Part shown: positions 1 through 8,968 of the stretch, in pieces | Layout: the number at the start of each line of letters is the position of its first letter | Position numbering within the stretch: the stretch's first letter is position 1 | IMG/VR virus record: IMGVR_UViG_3300032770_000002 | Span: 124,001 to 188,000 of that record | Direction: 5' to 3' (one strand) | Length of the DNA: 64,000 bases | Notes under the pieces: model-generated | Told to the model about the DNA's origin: nothing | Databases searched by the model: none | The model's input: the letters and a program-made list of their open reading frames with translations, nothing else | Translations under genes and position numbers: made by a program

Positions 1-1
1 T

Positions 2-217
2 CAACCTGTCATAGAGTTTTTTCGCGTCATCAAACAGATACTCGAGCTCGGCTCTCGAGCGGTCCCAGAAGTGGCCATGGTTGTGCGGGACACGCACGCC
101 AAGCTGCGCCAAGAGGGCCTTCGTTTGGACGTGGCGACGTGGCTTGTGGTTCGGTCGTTGATACTCGACAACGGCATGTTTCGTCACAGTCTACTATACG
201 GGTTCAACCGACGATGA
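2..217 (+). CDS. hypothetical protein, 5'-truncated by window edge
   Basis: Open frame from base 2 (QPVIEFFRVIKQ...LYGFNRR) to TGA at 215-217. Confidence 0.45.
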   Translation, partial: QPVIEFFRVIKQILELGSRAVPEVAMVVRDTHAKLRQEGLRLDVATWLVVRSLILDNGMFRHSLLYGFNRR

Positions 218-485
218 GTTGAGGACGACCTTCGAGTTCTTGTTTACATGAAAAAACTTTCGATAACTCGTCAAAATATCCACAAAGGAATAGAAGCTTC
301 GTGTCAGGCCTTAGCTAAAGCTGAAGGAACTGACGTTGTCGAAGAGAGGGCCAGAGTTGCCAGGTTCGTTTATACTTCGATTAAAACGACGCAGCGTAGT
401 CAATTTCACGAAATAAGTGGACTTCAACCGGCTTGCGGTCGACCCGGGCATCGTCATTGCGGGTGATTTGACGTAGTTATGCCAC

Positions 486-767
486 ATGAGCACTGGCATC
501 AGTCGGATTCTCGAGTCGAAGGACAACACCAAGCGTGTCGGGCGTGACCTCGTCGACGCGCTAAACAAGCTGAAGGAGTGCGTCCGAGTTCAGCTCGTTG
601 ACAACCAAGAAGAAGAGGTGGAGGGCCGCGAGCTTGCCATTGGCCGGCGCATCCTCGAAATCTGTGGTGGCACAATGTCCCACAAGGAAGTGGCTGAAAT
701 TCGAGAACTGGCCCAAGAGCTCGTCAACATTCACTCGCCCACCGGTCCTGAACCGGTTCTTCAATGA
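486..767 (+). CDS. hypothetical protein
   Basis: 93-aa ORF, phage-like codon use, co-directional with neighbours. Confidence 0.65.
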   Translation: MSTGISRILESKDNTKRVGRDLVDALNKLKECVRVQLVDNQEEEVEGRELAIGRRILEICGGTMSHKEVAEIRELAQELVNIHSPTGPEPVLQ

Positions 768-768
768 C

Positions 769-1134
769 GTGAGACATTCTCGTGGTTTAAACTCTGATCG
801 ATATCGTCAATATAGCAAACAATGGAATTTAAGAAACAAGGAATATGGCAGCAACTGGCGACGTGAACGGCGAGCGGCCAATAGAAAATTTCTCTTTGAA
901 TATCTTAAAACTCATCCGTGCGTAGATTGCGGTGAGGACGACTTTGTTGTCTTAGATTTTGACCATGTATACGGAAAGAAGACCGTTGGCTGGAATCAGC
1001 TTATGCCAGGAAGTCGCTTCAGGCTTTTGCAAGAGATTCAAAAATGTGAAGTTCGATGTGCAAATTGTCATCGACGTAGACACTATCGAGAAAAATCAAG
1101 AGGAGCTAGATTTCGAGGATTGGTGCCTATTTAA
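769..1134 (+). mobile_element. HNH homing endonuclease (free-standing)
   Basis: CVDCG...LDFDHV...CEVRCANCH motif; AT-rich relative to flanks; GTG at 769 right after the upstream stop (track ORF starts at 598). Confidence 0.85.
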
Positions 1135-1772
1135 TGACCCGCAACCCGCATAACGCCATCAAGCGACTCGTCGAAGGGCCGGCTGAACTGACGAAGTATT
1201 CTTCGGTCAGGACGGAGCTTGACTTCGCCCTCGGTGAAATCCGTGACAAGATCACCACGCTGCTCAAGCTGCCTGTCAGCCAAGACCTGAAGGACGCCGC
1301 AAAGCTCTTCATCCAGCACCTTGAGCGCTATACCGTCAAGCGGTCGCTCGACCAAGACTCCGAATTGAGGACGGCGACAAAATTCTCATCGTCAAAGGCC
1401 GCCGGACGGGTTTACTCCTCGGCGGTGATCTTGCAGGCCATCAAGAAAGCCACTGGCAAGCGAAATTGGAGACAAGTTGAGGATGACGAGGAGTATGAGG
1501 CGGAGATGGTCGGTGAGACGATTGCCCACCTCTATGACGACTATGGCATCGAGGTCACGACGCAGGAACTCGTTCACATGGCCTTCGAGCGTGAGACTGA
1601 CAATCGCAGCGCTTTGGCCTACGTCTCAGTCTGGCTATTTCCTGGCGGCATCTACATTCAAGACCTTGCCACAGACCGCGTCAGCGGCTACGACAGCATT
1701 GTGAAGACGCCGCGCGAACTTGAGAAGGAGATTCGTCACTTTAGTGCCTATGATGGAGATGATTGGGAATGA
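1134..1772 (+). CDS. hypothetical protein
   Basis: 212-aa ORF; ATG overlaps the HNH stop (TAATG). Confidence 0.75.
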   Translation: MTRNPHNAIKRLVEGPAELTKYSSVRTELDFALGEIRDKITTLLKLPVSQDLKDAAKLFIQHLERYTVKRSLDQDSELRTATKFSSSKAAGRVYSSAVILQAIKKATGKRNWRQVEDDEEYEAEMVGETIAHLYDDYGIEVTTQELVHMAFERETDNRSALAYVSVWLFPGGIYIQDLATDRVSGYDSIVKTPRELEKEIRHFSAYDGDDWE

Positions 1773-2008
1773 CCCGCAACCCGCATCACCACTATCACAA
1801 GGCCTTACATAACTTGGACACCCTTATTGACACGACTAAGGGTCAACTCGCGATATTTGTGGAGTTGGCCGAGGGCCCGTGGAACCGAGTCATTGATGAT
1901 GACTGGAAAGCAGACTTAGAGTCCATGACCTTGCTTCAGCGAAAGGTCAAGCGCATCCTGTTGAAACGTGAGTTGAACCGGGAGTTTAGCCGTGCGACTC
2001 GTCGATGA
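1769..2008 (+). CDS. hypothetical protein sharing its MTRNPH start with 1134-1772
   Basis: ATGA overlap with upstream stop; first 18 nt identical to those of the 1134 gene. Confidence 0.6.
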   Translation: MTRNPHHHYHKALHNLDTLIDTTKGQLAIFVELAEGPWNRVIDDDWKADLESMTLLQRKVKRILLKRELNREFSRATRR

Positions 2009-2336
2009 TGCCACGCTTCAGGCCGTAGCTGGCCAGGTTAATTTTCACTTGGACATTGACTACGTCGACGCCATTTGGGGCGACCAGACAATCAGCAACC
2101 TTGGCTGGGAGGGGTCGAACATCGAGTGGGGCCTTGGAGTTCCTGACATCGACCGCGTCCTCGACTTGATGGACAAGTATCCAACCGGGAACTATCGGCT
2201 TGACATCGGCGTTGACGGCAAAGACAGTTCGTGGACTGAGGTGAGCAAGGACGACATGGTAGCTTTTCGGGTGTTCTTTATTGCCCAATGGGGCAACGTG
2301 GCGAAGGTCCAGATATGGCAAAACGAACCAAACTGA
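1992..2336 (+). CDS. hypothetical protein
   Basis: 114-aa ORF in the operon. Confidence 0.65.
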   Translation: MRLVDDATLQAVAGQVNFHLDIDYVDAIWGDQTISNLGWEGSNIEWGLGVPDIDRVLDLMDKYPTGNYRLDIGVDGKDSSWTEVSKDDMVAFRVFFIAQWGNVAKVQIWQNEPN

Positions 2337-2515
2337 CGTGCGAGAGCATTGTCAAGACCGTTGTCATTAGGGCCGTTGGACGAAAGGTCATTCGTTGCGG
2401 CAAGCCAGCAGCATGCTTCGTCAAGTCTGACGATGGCAAGTCACGCAAGGTGCTGTGCAAGAAGCATGGACGTGAGTTCAAGCGAAGCGGGTTTACGATC
2501 CACCAGCTTGAGTGA
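2315..2515 (+). CDS. small Cys-containing (zinc-finger-like) protein
   Basis: MAKRTKLTC...CGKPAAC...LCKKH; stop overlaps the next GTG. Confidence 0.55.
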   Translation: MAKRTKLTCESIVKTVVIRAVGRKVIRCGKPAACFVKSDDGKSRKVLCKKHGREFKRSGFTIHQLE

Positions 2516-3090
2516 TTCTCTTCCACGTGAAGTCACGCTCGTTAATTGACAGGATAGCCATGCTTGAAGCCGCCAGTGTTGAGGTTTCAAGAGCGGCCAA
2601 GGACACGATCGACATTCTCAACCAAGCTGGGATCCCGGTTCTCATCACAGGCGGCTTGGCTGTCGTCGCGTATGGATATGATGCATTCACGCGTGACGTT
2701 GACCTGATAGTGCCTGACGTTGCGGCTGCACGCCAAGTCTTGAGGGACCATGGCTACCAACTTTCACCTCTTCCGTTTAGAGTTCACGCCCCTGTTTCTG
2801 GCGTTCACGTTGACATCATGCCTGGCGGGAAAAGTCTGACGCCAAGTTGTCCAGTTAATTTTCCAATGCCTACTGAGATGGGTCAAAACTATTCAAGCCT
2901 TGTCGACCTTATCTCAACCAAACTTGGAAGCTATGTGTCAGATAGGCGTAGCCGGTTAAAGGACCTTGTTGCCGTGACAGAACTCATCAAGGCCGGAGCA
3001 CCGCGAGACCTTGCGGTTGACCCGGTCGTTCGTGAGCTCTATCTTGAAACGTGGGATGGTGTTGCCAACGGTTTGGGTGAACTAGGGTAG
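2512..3090 (+). CDS. nucleotidyltransferase (Pol-beta superfamily, AbiEii/MNT-like)
   Basis: ITGGLAVVAYG...TRDVDLIV and C-terminal DLISTK...RLKDL motifs. Confidence 0.75.
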   Translation: MILFHVKSRSLIDRIAMLEAASVEVSRAAKDTIDILNQAGIPVLITGGLAVVAYGYDAFTRDVDLIVPDVAAARQVLRDHGYQLSPLPFRVHAPVSGVHVDIMPGGKSLTPSCPVNFPMPTEMGQNYSSLVDLISTKLGSYVSDRRSRLKDLVAVTELIKAGAPRDLAVDPVVRELYLETWDGVANGLGELG

Positions 3091-3096
3091 CTGGTT

Positions 3097-3453
3097 ATGA
3101 CGATGACACCCGCGGACATTGCAAAAGCTGGCGCCATGCCAGACTTTAAGCTGGAGTGCGTCCCCTACGTCGGCTACAGCAACATCGACAGTCAAGTCTA
3201 CACGGGCTGTGGGTTAAAGGACTTGAACCACATGATTGACGCCGCGACGTTTTTCATGCAGCAATACCCGCGTGGCGTGCTCCTCTTTTACCGCCCGTGG
3301 CACGGCGATGAGACCGGCGCGAGCGACACGGCGTCTGACGTTTTTCGCATCCAACCAGTGGACATCGACGACATCGTCGCCGTGCGTGACGCCTTCGTGG
3401 CCTATTGGGGAGCTGTCGACAGGCCAACGGATTGGCTCAATGAGCCGTCGTAG
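3097..3453 (+). CDS. hypothetical protein
   Basis: 118-aa ORF in the operon. Confidence 0.65.
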   Translation: MTMTPADIAKAGAMPDFKLECVPYVGYSNIDSQVYTGCGLKDLNHMIDAATFFMQQYPRGVLLFYRPWHGDETGASDTASDVFRIQPVDIDDIVAVRDAFVAYWGAVDRPTDWLNEPS

Positions 3454-3458
3454 TTCTG

Positions 3459-3674
3459 TTGCTTGTCATGGGAGTTGCATGCCATGCCGATTGTTGGGTT
3501 TGTGGCCGCTGGTCTCGTGTGCAGTCAAGTGACGCCTGCATCTGCGACAGCTGTCAACGAAAGGGGTTTGTCAAAAATCTGAGTGGCCCGAGTGGATTCT
3601 TCAACGCCCTACTTAAGTGGAGGCCGTATGTTCGTGACTTCCGTCGTGCGGTGTCTGAAATTTTAGCCAAATGA
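3459..3674 (+). CDS. small Cys-rich protein
   Basis: CHADCWVC...CICDSC; ATGA overlap with the next gene. Confidence 0.5.
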   Translation: MLVMGVACHADCWVCGRWSRVQSSDACICDSCQRKGFVKNLSGPSGFFNALLKWRPYVRDFRRAVSEILAK

Positions 3675-3925
3675 GCAAGGACAAATTCAACGATGACTGC
3701 CAAGGCTGTAAGCCAGCCGTAATTGACGTGCAGACTGGCAAGCCGCTGACGCCCGAGCACCCGATCATGGCCGCGGTGAACCGGGTGTGGGGCAAGACGA
3801 CCTTGGCCGAGCGCGAGGCCTTCCACAAATTCACGTGCCTCAACAGTCGCGACCCAGAGGTGATGAAGGTCGTCCAATCACTAAGCGAACGAATTAAGTC
3901 TGCCGCTCAGGCCGACTTGAACTAA
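3671..3925 (+). CDS. hypothetical protein
   Basis: 84-aa ORF, translationally coupled. Confidence 0.65.
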   Translation: MSKDKFNDDCQGCKPAVIDVQTGKPLTPEHPIMAAVNRVWGKTTLAEREAFHKFTCLNSRDPEVMKVVQSLSERIKSAAQADLN

Positions 3926-3932
3926 CAAACAT

Positions 3933-4034
3933 ATGACTGACCAAACTGCCGCCTTCTTCATCCTCGGTGCCGTGTTCCTGCTCTTCTGCATTGCGGGCGT
4001 GTTTACCAGCATGGACAAGTATGACGATCGATGA
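3933..4034 (+). CDS. small membrane peptide (33 aa)
   Basis: MTDQTAAFFILGAVFLLFCIAGVFTSMDKYDDR; one hydrophobic helix; below the ORF-track cutoff. Confidence 0.55.
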   Translation: MTDQTAAFFILGAVFLLFCIAGVFTSMDKYDDR

Positions 4035-5112
4035 TGACGCGCTCAGCATCATCCATCACGGCCGCAACAGGGCCAAGTTGCTGGAACTGGTTTATCGCGG
4101 GCACGAGTGTGACCACGGGGACGGGCTGTTGCCACACGAGAAATTCACCCTGGCTGACAAGGCCGCCGCAGCAATCGCCCGCCTCACTCCTGACGATGAC
4201 ACAAAGCTCGACCGGCAGTCCGTTGCCAAATACATCGACCTAGAGAAGGTTGACTCGCCTGACTTCATCTACGGATACGAAGACGTCATTGACGCGGTCC
4301 TCAGCCACACCTCCAACAACCTCGAGCCTGAACTGAGGGACTGGCTCATCGACCGTGGCGTGACCGAGGAGCAGGTCCGCAGCTTTCGGTCGTTTAGCCA
4401 AGTGAGGAGCCGGCGACACCGGATTTACCTTGGCATCGAGGTTCACCCGGCGCTTCAGAAGTGGGTGGGCTGTTCAAGACCCAAGGGCATCATGATGAGC
4501 GCCTTTGGGTGCGATGGGGCGCTCTCTGGTGTGCACCTGCGGATGCTGTCCACCGTGCCGAAGATCAAGTTTGGCGCCTCTGTGCCACTGCTGCATGTCT
4601 CATCAAACGTCTGGTGTTGCCCGCGGCTTTACACTCACGCGCCGGATTTTGAGCCAGGCATGGACGTGTGGCTCGTTGAGGGGATCTTCGATGGGCTGGC
4701 CTTGGACCGGGTTGGAAAACACTACTTTTCGCCGTCAAGTGGCACGTGGTCATGTGAGCAGCTTTTCATCCTCGTCTCCCAGCTTCGGCGCTGCAAGCCA
4801 GGGCGGGTCATCTGCGCCCACGACAACGACCGTGTTGGGTTGAAGGAGAACCTCTTCCTCTGGTCGGTGTTGAGGCCTGAGTTTCAGACTGAGATCTTCG
4901 CTTACCCAAAGGGCGTCAAGGACATGTCGGAGCTCGTCTGCAAGCACCGCTCTGACCCGACGTCAGGTTCATTGGTCAACGCCGAAAAGGTCGCGGAACA
5001 GTATCTCGCCATGCCTTACAAGCCAGTCGTTCAATTTGACCACTATCTTGACTTTCGCAATTCGGCCTACAACAATGACCGCTATGCGTGGGCATATTTA
5101 AAGCATGGGTGA
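4021..5112 (+). CDS. Toprim-domain protein (DnaG/primase-like)
   Basis: VWLVEGIFDGLAL, ICAHDNDRVG and KGVKDMSEL Toprim motifs; ATG 4021 preferred over the track start 3967. Confidence 0.75.
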   Translation: MTIDDDALSIIHHGRNRAKLLELVYRGHECDHGDGLLPHEKFTLADKAAAAIARLTPDDDTKLDRQSVAKYIDLEKVDSPDFIYGYEDVIDAVLSHTSNNLEPELRDWLIDRGVTEEQVRSFRSFSQVRSRRHRIYLGIEVHPALQKWVGCSRPKGIMMSAFGCDGALSGVHLRMLSTVPKIKFGASVPLLHVSSNVWCCPRLYTHAPDFEPGMDVWLVEGIFDGLALDRVGKHYFSPSSGTWSCEQLFILVSQLRRCKPGRVICAHDNDRVGLKENLFLWSVLRPEFQTEIFAYPKGVKDMSELVCKHRSDPTSGSLVNAEKVAEQYLAMPYKPVVQFDHYLDFRNSAYNNDRYAWAYLKHG

Positions 5113-5782
5113 GTCACGCCAATTGATTGACGACCTTGAGCGGCGGCGTAAGCGCAATGTCACGGTGACCGAGATCAACCAGCTTATTGGTGGGTTCCAC
5201 TTCGACTTTCCGCGGTCGTCATCGCACGTCGACTACAAGCCGCAGCGTGAAGCGTGGCTGAATGTGGCCAGGCACCTCGACTGCACGCTCCTCGACCTGG
5301 CTGACGCCATCGCCAGTCCTAGCAAGACCCCTGAATGTGACCACTACTTGGTCGGCATTGAGGGCCTGTGGGAACTGACGCGCCACCCTGAGCTGTTCAA
5401 GCTGACTGACTATGACACGTCACGATTGACCGACCAGCTTGTCGTCTCTTACTTTTACGGCAACGACGACCGGCGTGAGGCTTTCCGCAAGTATGCGTCA
5501 CACAAGCCTGAGGACATGGCCTCGTCCATTGCGGAGTTTCTCAGCGGTGCTGGCGCTAAGGCCAAAGGGAATGTCGTCACATACGACCCGACTCGGTTTG
5601 TTGAGTTAGACTGGCGGATTGACAGCATCGATGAATTAACCGAGCCGCTCTTGAGCAGCGGTTGGAATGTCGAGATAAGGCCAAGCAAGACGACAAAGGC
5701 TTCGACGATGACTCCACTCATGGAACTTGTCGTGCACGGCCTTGACTTCCGCGGGGCGATGCACCGCATTCTAGGCCGCTAG
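5105..5782 (+). CDS. hypothetical protein with ESRQLIDD leader
   Basis: 225-aa ORF overlapping the Toprim gene stop. Confidence 0.75.
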   Translation: MGESRQLIDDLERRRKRNVTVTEINQLIGGFHFDFPRSSSHVDYKPQREAWLNVARHLDCTLLDLADAIASPSKTPECDHYLVGIEGLWELTRHPELFKLTDYDTSRLTDQLVVSYFYGNDDRREAFRKYASHKPEDMASSIAEFLSGAGAKAKGNVVTYDPTRFVELDWRIDSIDELTEPLLSSGWNVEIRPSKTTKASTMTPLMELVVHGLDFRGAMHRILGR

Positions 5783-5785
5783 TTT

Positions 5786-5817
5786 TTGTTTACAAACCTA
5801 CACTGTTGTGGCACATT
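5786..5817 (+). promoter_or_regulatory. putative early sigma70-type promoter
   Basis: TTGTTTACAAA, 17-bp spacer, TGG-CACATT; same motif at six other sites. Confidence 0.6.
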
Positions 5818-5823
5818 GCCACA

Positions 5824-5961
5824 ATGACTGCAATCATTCGACTGTGGGTGAGGTTGACGGACTGGTGGAGTGGGCGATGTGGCAACGACCCATGCCACAG
5901 TTACTTCCCGGCTCGCTTTGGGTGGCGATGTCGCAAGTGCCACAAGTTCACGTGGCTCTAA
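5824..5961 (+). CDS. 45-aa zinc-ribbon-like protein
   Basis: CGNDPC...CRKC; starts 6 nt after the promoter -10 box. Confidence 0.5.
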   Translation: MTAIIRLWVRLTDWWSGRCGNDPCHSYFPARFGWRCRKCHKFTWL

Positions 5962-6404
5962 CGGCCAATGAACGCTCGTGATTCGTTCGACGCTATCTGT
6001 GAAATGACTTGGCGATAGAACTGATCGATGTCAGCTTTTCCATTCTTGATGGATTCAGTCGAAGCTCGCAGCGCGATGTCAAGCCCGTCAAAGTAACCAC
6101 GCTGCCACTCAGTGAGCGGGCCGTTAGGATGGGCCAAGCTGGCGAAGCCCATGTTTGTGATCGGCTTTCCTTGCTGGTCCTCGATGCTCTTAATGTGGTG
6201 GTCTTTGGCGTCAATGCGAATGACAATTTCATTGACTGGCTGCGGCTTTTTCAAGGTTGACTCGCGCGTGTAGTTGTAACCCACGATGACGATAAGGCTG
6301 ATCGTCAGGAGCAGCCAGAGGATGACGGACTGGTGTGGGTGATTCGAGTCACTGGGGCTTGGCAATTCCGGTCTCCACTCTTTCTCCTCGGGATTCATAC
6401 TCAC
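5958..6404 (-). CDS. single-pass membrane protein
   Basis: VILWLLLTISLIVIVGY hydrophobic segment. Confidence 0.7.
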   Translation of the reverse strand: MSMNPEEKEWRPELPSPSDSNHPHQSVILWLLLTISLIVIVGYNYTRESTLKKPQPVNEIVIRIDAKDHHIKSIEDQQGKPITNMGFASLAHPNGPLTEWQRGYFDGLDIALRASTESIKNGKADIDQFYRQVISQIASNESRAFIGR

Positions 6405-7144
6405 CGTTCCGGAGTGACGAGGTAACGTTGTCGAAGTGGGTTGATTGAACCATCTCCGTCGTTAACGCACTCCTTGGCAACAATGGACTGACACACCGGG
6501 CATTTTTCAGCCAATTTTTCAGCCACTCCGTCATGCATCTTCGCCTTTGCAATGAGCGGGCTGCGTTGGCATGGGTGGCATTGTCCGCACGGCTCGAACT
6601 GGGTGTCGCTGATTTGATTCGGCATCTCACACCACACCACGTGCTGCTTAAGTTCGCCAGGCAGTTGACTGACGATCTCGTCCTTTTTGACCTTTACCAG
6701 TGGGAATTCAAGGATTGCTCGGTCATGGCGCATGAACTGCATGGACTTCCAAACTCGTTGAATGTCATCGAGAAACGAAATGGCATCATCGTTCATGACG
6801 TATCCCATTGCCACAGTGTCCGTCTTGGTTAGGAACAACGCGCCAAGCAGCCAGCTTGGAAGCTGCTTGAACGTGACTTCGCCCGTTCCATATGAAATGT
6901 TGACTGACGTGCCATAATGCCACTCGAACCGGTTTGGGAACATCACGTTGAACACTTCGGCAAGCTTTTTGCAGGCATTGAGCTCCATCCTGGTTTTGGT
7001 TGTGTTGTTCATGAGCTCGATGTAGTGGGCGACGACGCTGACGTGCTGGAACGTGCTCAGGTAGTAGTAAATGAGGTAGGTTGAGTCGAGCCCACCGCTC
7101 CAGAGAACGCCTGCTTTGTTCGTTTTTATCTTTGACTTGGGCAT
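6401..7144 (-). CDS. QueC-like PP-loop ATPase (7-cyano-7-deazaguanine synthase family)
   Basis: VLWSGGLDST PP-loop, FPL..KK.EI and C-terminal WC...PCGQCHPC zinc motif; alternative start 7201. Confidence 0.75.
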   Translation of the reverse strand: MPKSKIKTNKAGVLWSGGLDSTYLIYYYLSTFQHVSVVAHYIELMNNTTKTRMELNACKKLAEVFNVMFPNRFEWHYGTSVNISYGTGEVTFKQLPSWLLGALFLTKTDTVAMGYVMNDDAISFLDDIQRVWKSMQFMRHDRAILEFPLVKVKKDEIVSQLPGELKQHVVWCEMPNQISDTQFEPCGQCHPCQRSPLIAKAKMHDGVAEKLAEKCPVCQSIVAKECVNDGDGSINPLRQRYLVTPER

Positions 7145-7276
7145 GGTGAAAATGGCGGCCACGCAGGTCACTGAGACCGCCAGGGTGCAACTGCGATCCA
7201 CATGAGACGCCGGCCCGCGTGGCCACTGTGAAGAACTACGTGACGTATTTAATTCGTTGATAATTGAAACAAACCC

Positions 7277-7534
7277 ATGAAGTCACGAGATTTAATCGAT
7301 TCACAGTATGGCGGGAGGCCCGTTCCGCCGCATCAAAATCTCGACACTGACACCGAGCTTGACCTGGCGTCTAAGCAGGGTTTCACGGCGTGGGAATACG
7401 CCCAACGGATGAACCGCCACCACCCTCGCCTGCTTCAGGCTGTGACTGGCACCCCATACGAGCCGCTTTATCGCCGCCATTTCAACCTTCCTCAGCAAGA
7501 CAAGTGGTATGAAGGCCAAGTTAAGCCGACGTAA
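7277..7534 (+). CDS. hypothetical protein with KSRDLIDS leader
   Basis: 85-aa ORF after an A-rich leader. Confidence 0.65.
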   Translation: MKSRDLIDSQYGGRPVPPHQNLDTDTELDLASKQGFTAWEYAQRMNRHHPRLLQAVTGTPYEPLYRRHFNLPQQDKWYEGQVKPT

Positions 7535-8468
7535 CTTTATCAAGACCGGCGCGCTGTGGCTGCCTGGTGCGGCCGTAGTCAGCGCTCAGGACGTGGTCCC
7601 ATATCGGCATAAGTCTGGTGGAGGAATTTCCATCAGTGCCAAGACGCTTGACTGGGCAACTCGTGTTCAAACTAATGGTGACCCATATCCGTCGATGCCG
7701 ATGCTGATTGCGGTCGATGCCTGGTATAACGGGATTGTCTCAGACGGCCTAGACTCTGACATCTACGACTGCACCTTCATGGCCCCAGGGCCAACGAGAA
7801 TAACGCCACTCACGCCTTTTTACCGAACTTATGGCACTGATCCATGGACTTACGTGGGTGGAACAGTCACAACTCCAGTTGACCAAAGAGGCATAGCAAC
7901 GACTGGGTCTGTGACTTGCATCAATTCCGGAGTGACGCCATCGCAAGTGGTAACTGGAACCAGCTTTGGTCTTTCGATGTATTCGGGCATCGCAAACCCG
8001 AGTGGCGGAAGTCCGCCAGACTTCCAAGCTGGTGGCGGTGGCGGCGGTCACCACGCATACATTTACTCGACCACCATATCGGCTTACACCGACTTTCAGT
8101 TGAACTGGGACAACACCAAGTGGGGCAATAACCCGTTTGGCGTAGCTCTCTACGGATTTTTGTCAGTAAACCGAACTGGCGCAAACCAGCTCGACGCGTA
8201 TGGCGCAAACAGCGTGCTAAGTTGGACAAGTTTGGCCTCTTCAGCAAGCGCTGCGGCTGGCACCCTTCCGTCCGGTGGCAAGATGCAATTCGGTGGACTC
8301 AACTCAGTTTCTGGGTGGCTTTACGCCTATAGCTCATCGTCATACTGGACCATCTTGTGCATGCACAAAGGGTGGTCTTCGGCCAACGCCCAGAAGTTTT
8401 TCAACCGCTGTTTGACGCTGAGGATGTCCACCCCGTTCGGCGGCGGATACTACCAAGAAGTAATCTGA
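7509..8468 (+). CDS. twin-arginine-leader protein, Gly/Ser/Thr-rich beta (virion or lectin-like) body
   Basis: SRRNFIKTGALWLPGAAVVSA N-terminus; G/S/T/W-rich body. Confidence 0.75.
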   Translation: MKAKLSRRNFIKTGALWLPGAAVVSAQDVVPYRHKSGGGISISAKTLDWATRVQTNGDPYPSMPMLIAVDAWYNGIVSDGLDSDIYDCTFMAPGPTRITPLTPFYRTYGTDPWTYVGGTVTTPVDQRGIATTGSVTCINSGVTPSQVVTGTSFGLSMYSGIANPSGGSPPDFQAGGGGGGHHAYIYSTTISAYTDFQLNWDNTKWGNNPFGVALYGFLSVNRTGANQLDAYGANSVLSWTSLASSASAAAGTLPSGGKMQFGGLNSVSGWLYAYSSSSYWTILCMHKGWSSANAQKFFNRCLTLRMSTPFGGGYYQEVI

Positions 8469-8968
8469 TGTTTTACCTTGCGCCAGGTGGCAAGCTAGTC
8501 ACTTACTGGGACCTTCCAACGTGCCAAGTCCCAAACAACTCGAGGGTTGGCTCAGTGTCAATTCACTTCGCCATCACGCAAAAATTTCACGGCCAATGCC
8601 CGTGCATTTCAGGCGCGCCAACCAAGCCAGTTCTGGCTTTGATTCGCGACCCGGTTGAGCGTTATCGGTCGGCCATGGTCAAGGCGGTGGAGGATCGGTC
8701 GCTGGGCAACCACTTTAGCCTGCAGTGCGAACTGCTCATCGGCCAAGACGTGAGACTATACAGGTTTCCTGAACACCTAGAGCAGTTTGTCAAAGACACC
8801 GGGTTAGGCTCCATCACGTGGTCAAACAAGAGCCCAGTGCAAAAGCCAGAGCTTACACCGCAGCAGGTTCAGGATGTCTTGGAACGTTACAAGAAGGACG
8901 TCGAAATCTACGCCAGCATTAGAGAATCTGGGCAGGCGTATGTCAGCTCTCTTCAATCGTCCAGTTGA
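8468..8968 (+). CDS. sulfotransferase-like protein
   Basis: SRVGSVSI (5'-PSB-like) and LIRDPVERYRSA (3'-PB-like); TGATG coupling gives start 8468. Confidence 0.5.
   Translation: MFYLAPGGKLVTYWDLPTCQVPNNSRVGSVSIHFAITQKFHGQCPCISGAPTKPVLALIRDPVERYRSAMVKAVEDRSLGNHFSLQCELLIGQDVRLYRFPEHLEQFVKDTGLGSITWSNKSPVQKPELTPQQVQDVLERYKKDVEIYASIRESGQAYVSSLQSSS

Noticed and set aside
5824-5961. tRNA-like structured RNA after the 5786 promoter
   Set aside because: No D- or T-arm consensus; the stretch reads as a clean 45-aa Cys-containing ORF.
5968-6018. Micro-ORF MNARDSFDAICEMTWR resembling the shared leader
   Set aside because: Only 16 codons and entirely antisense to the 5958-6404 gene; likely chance.
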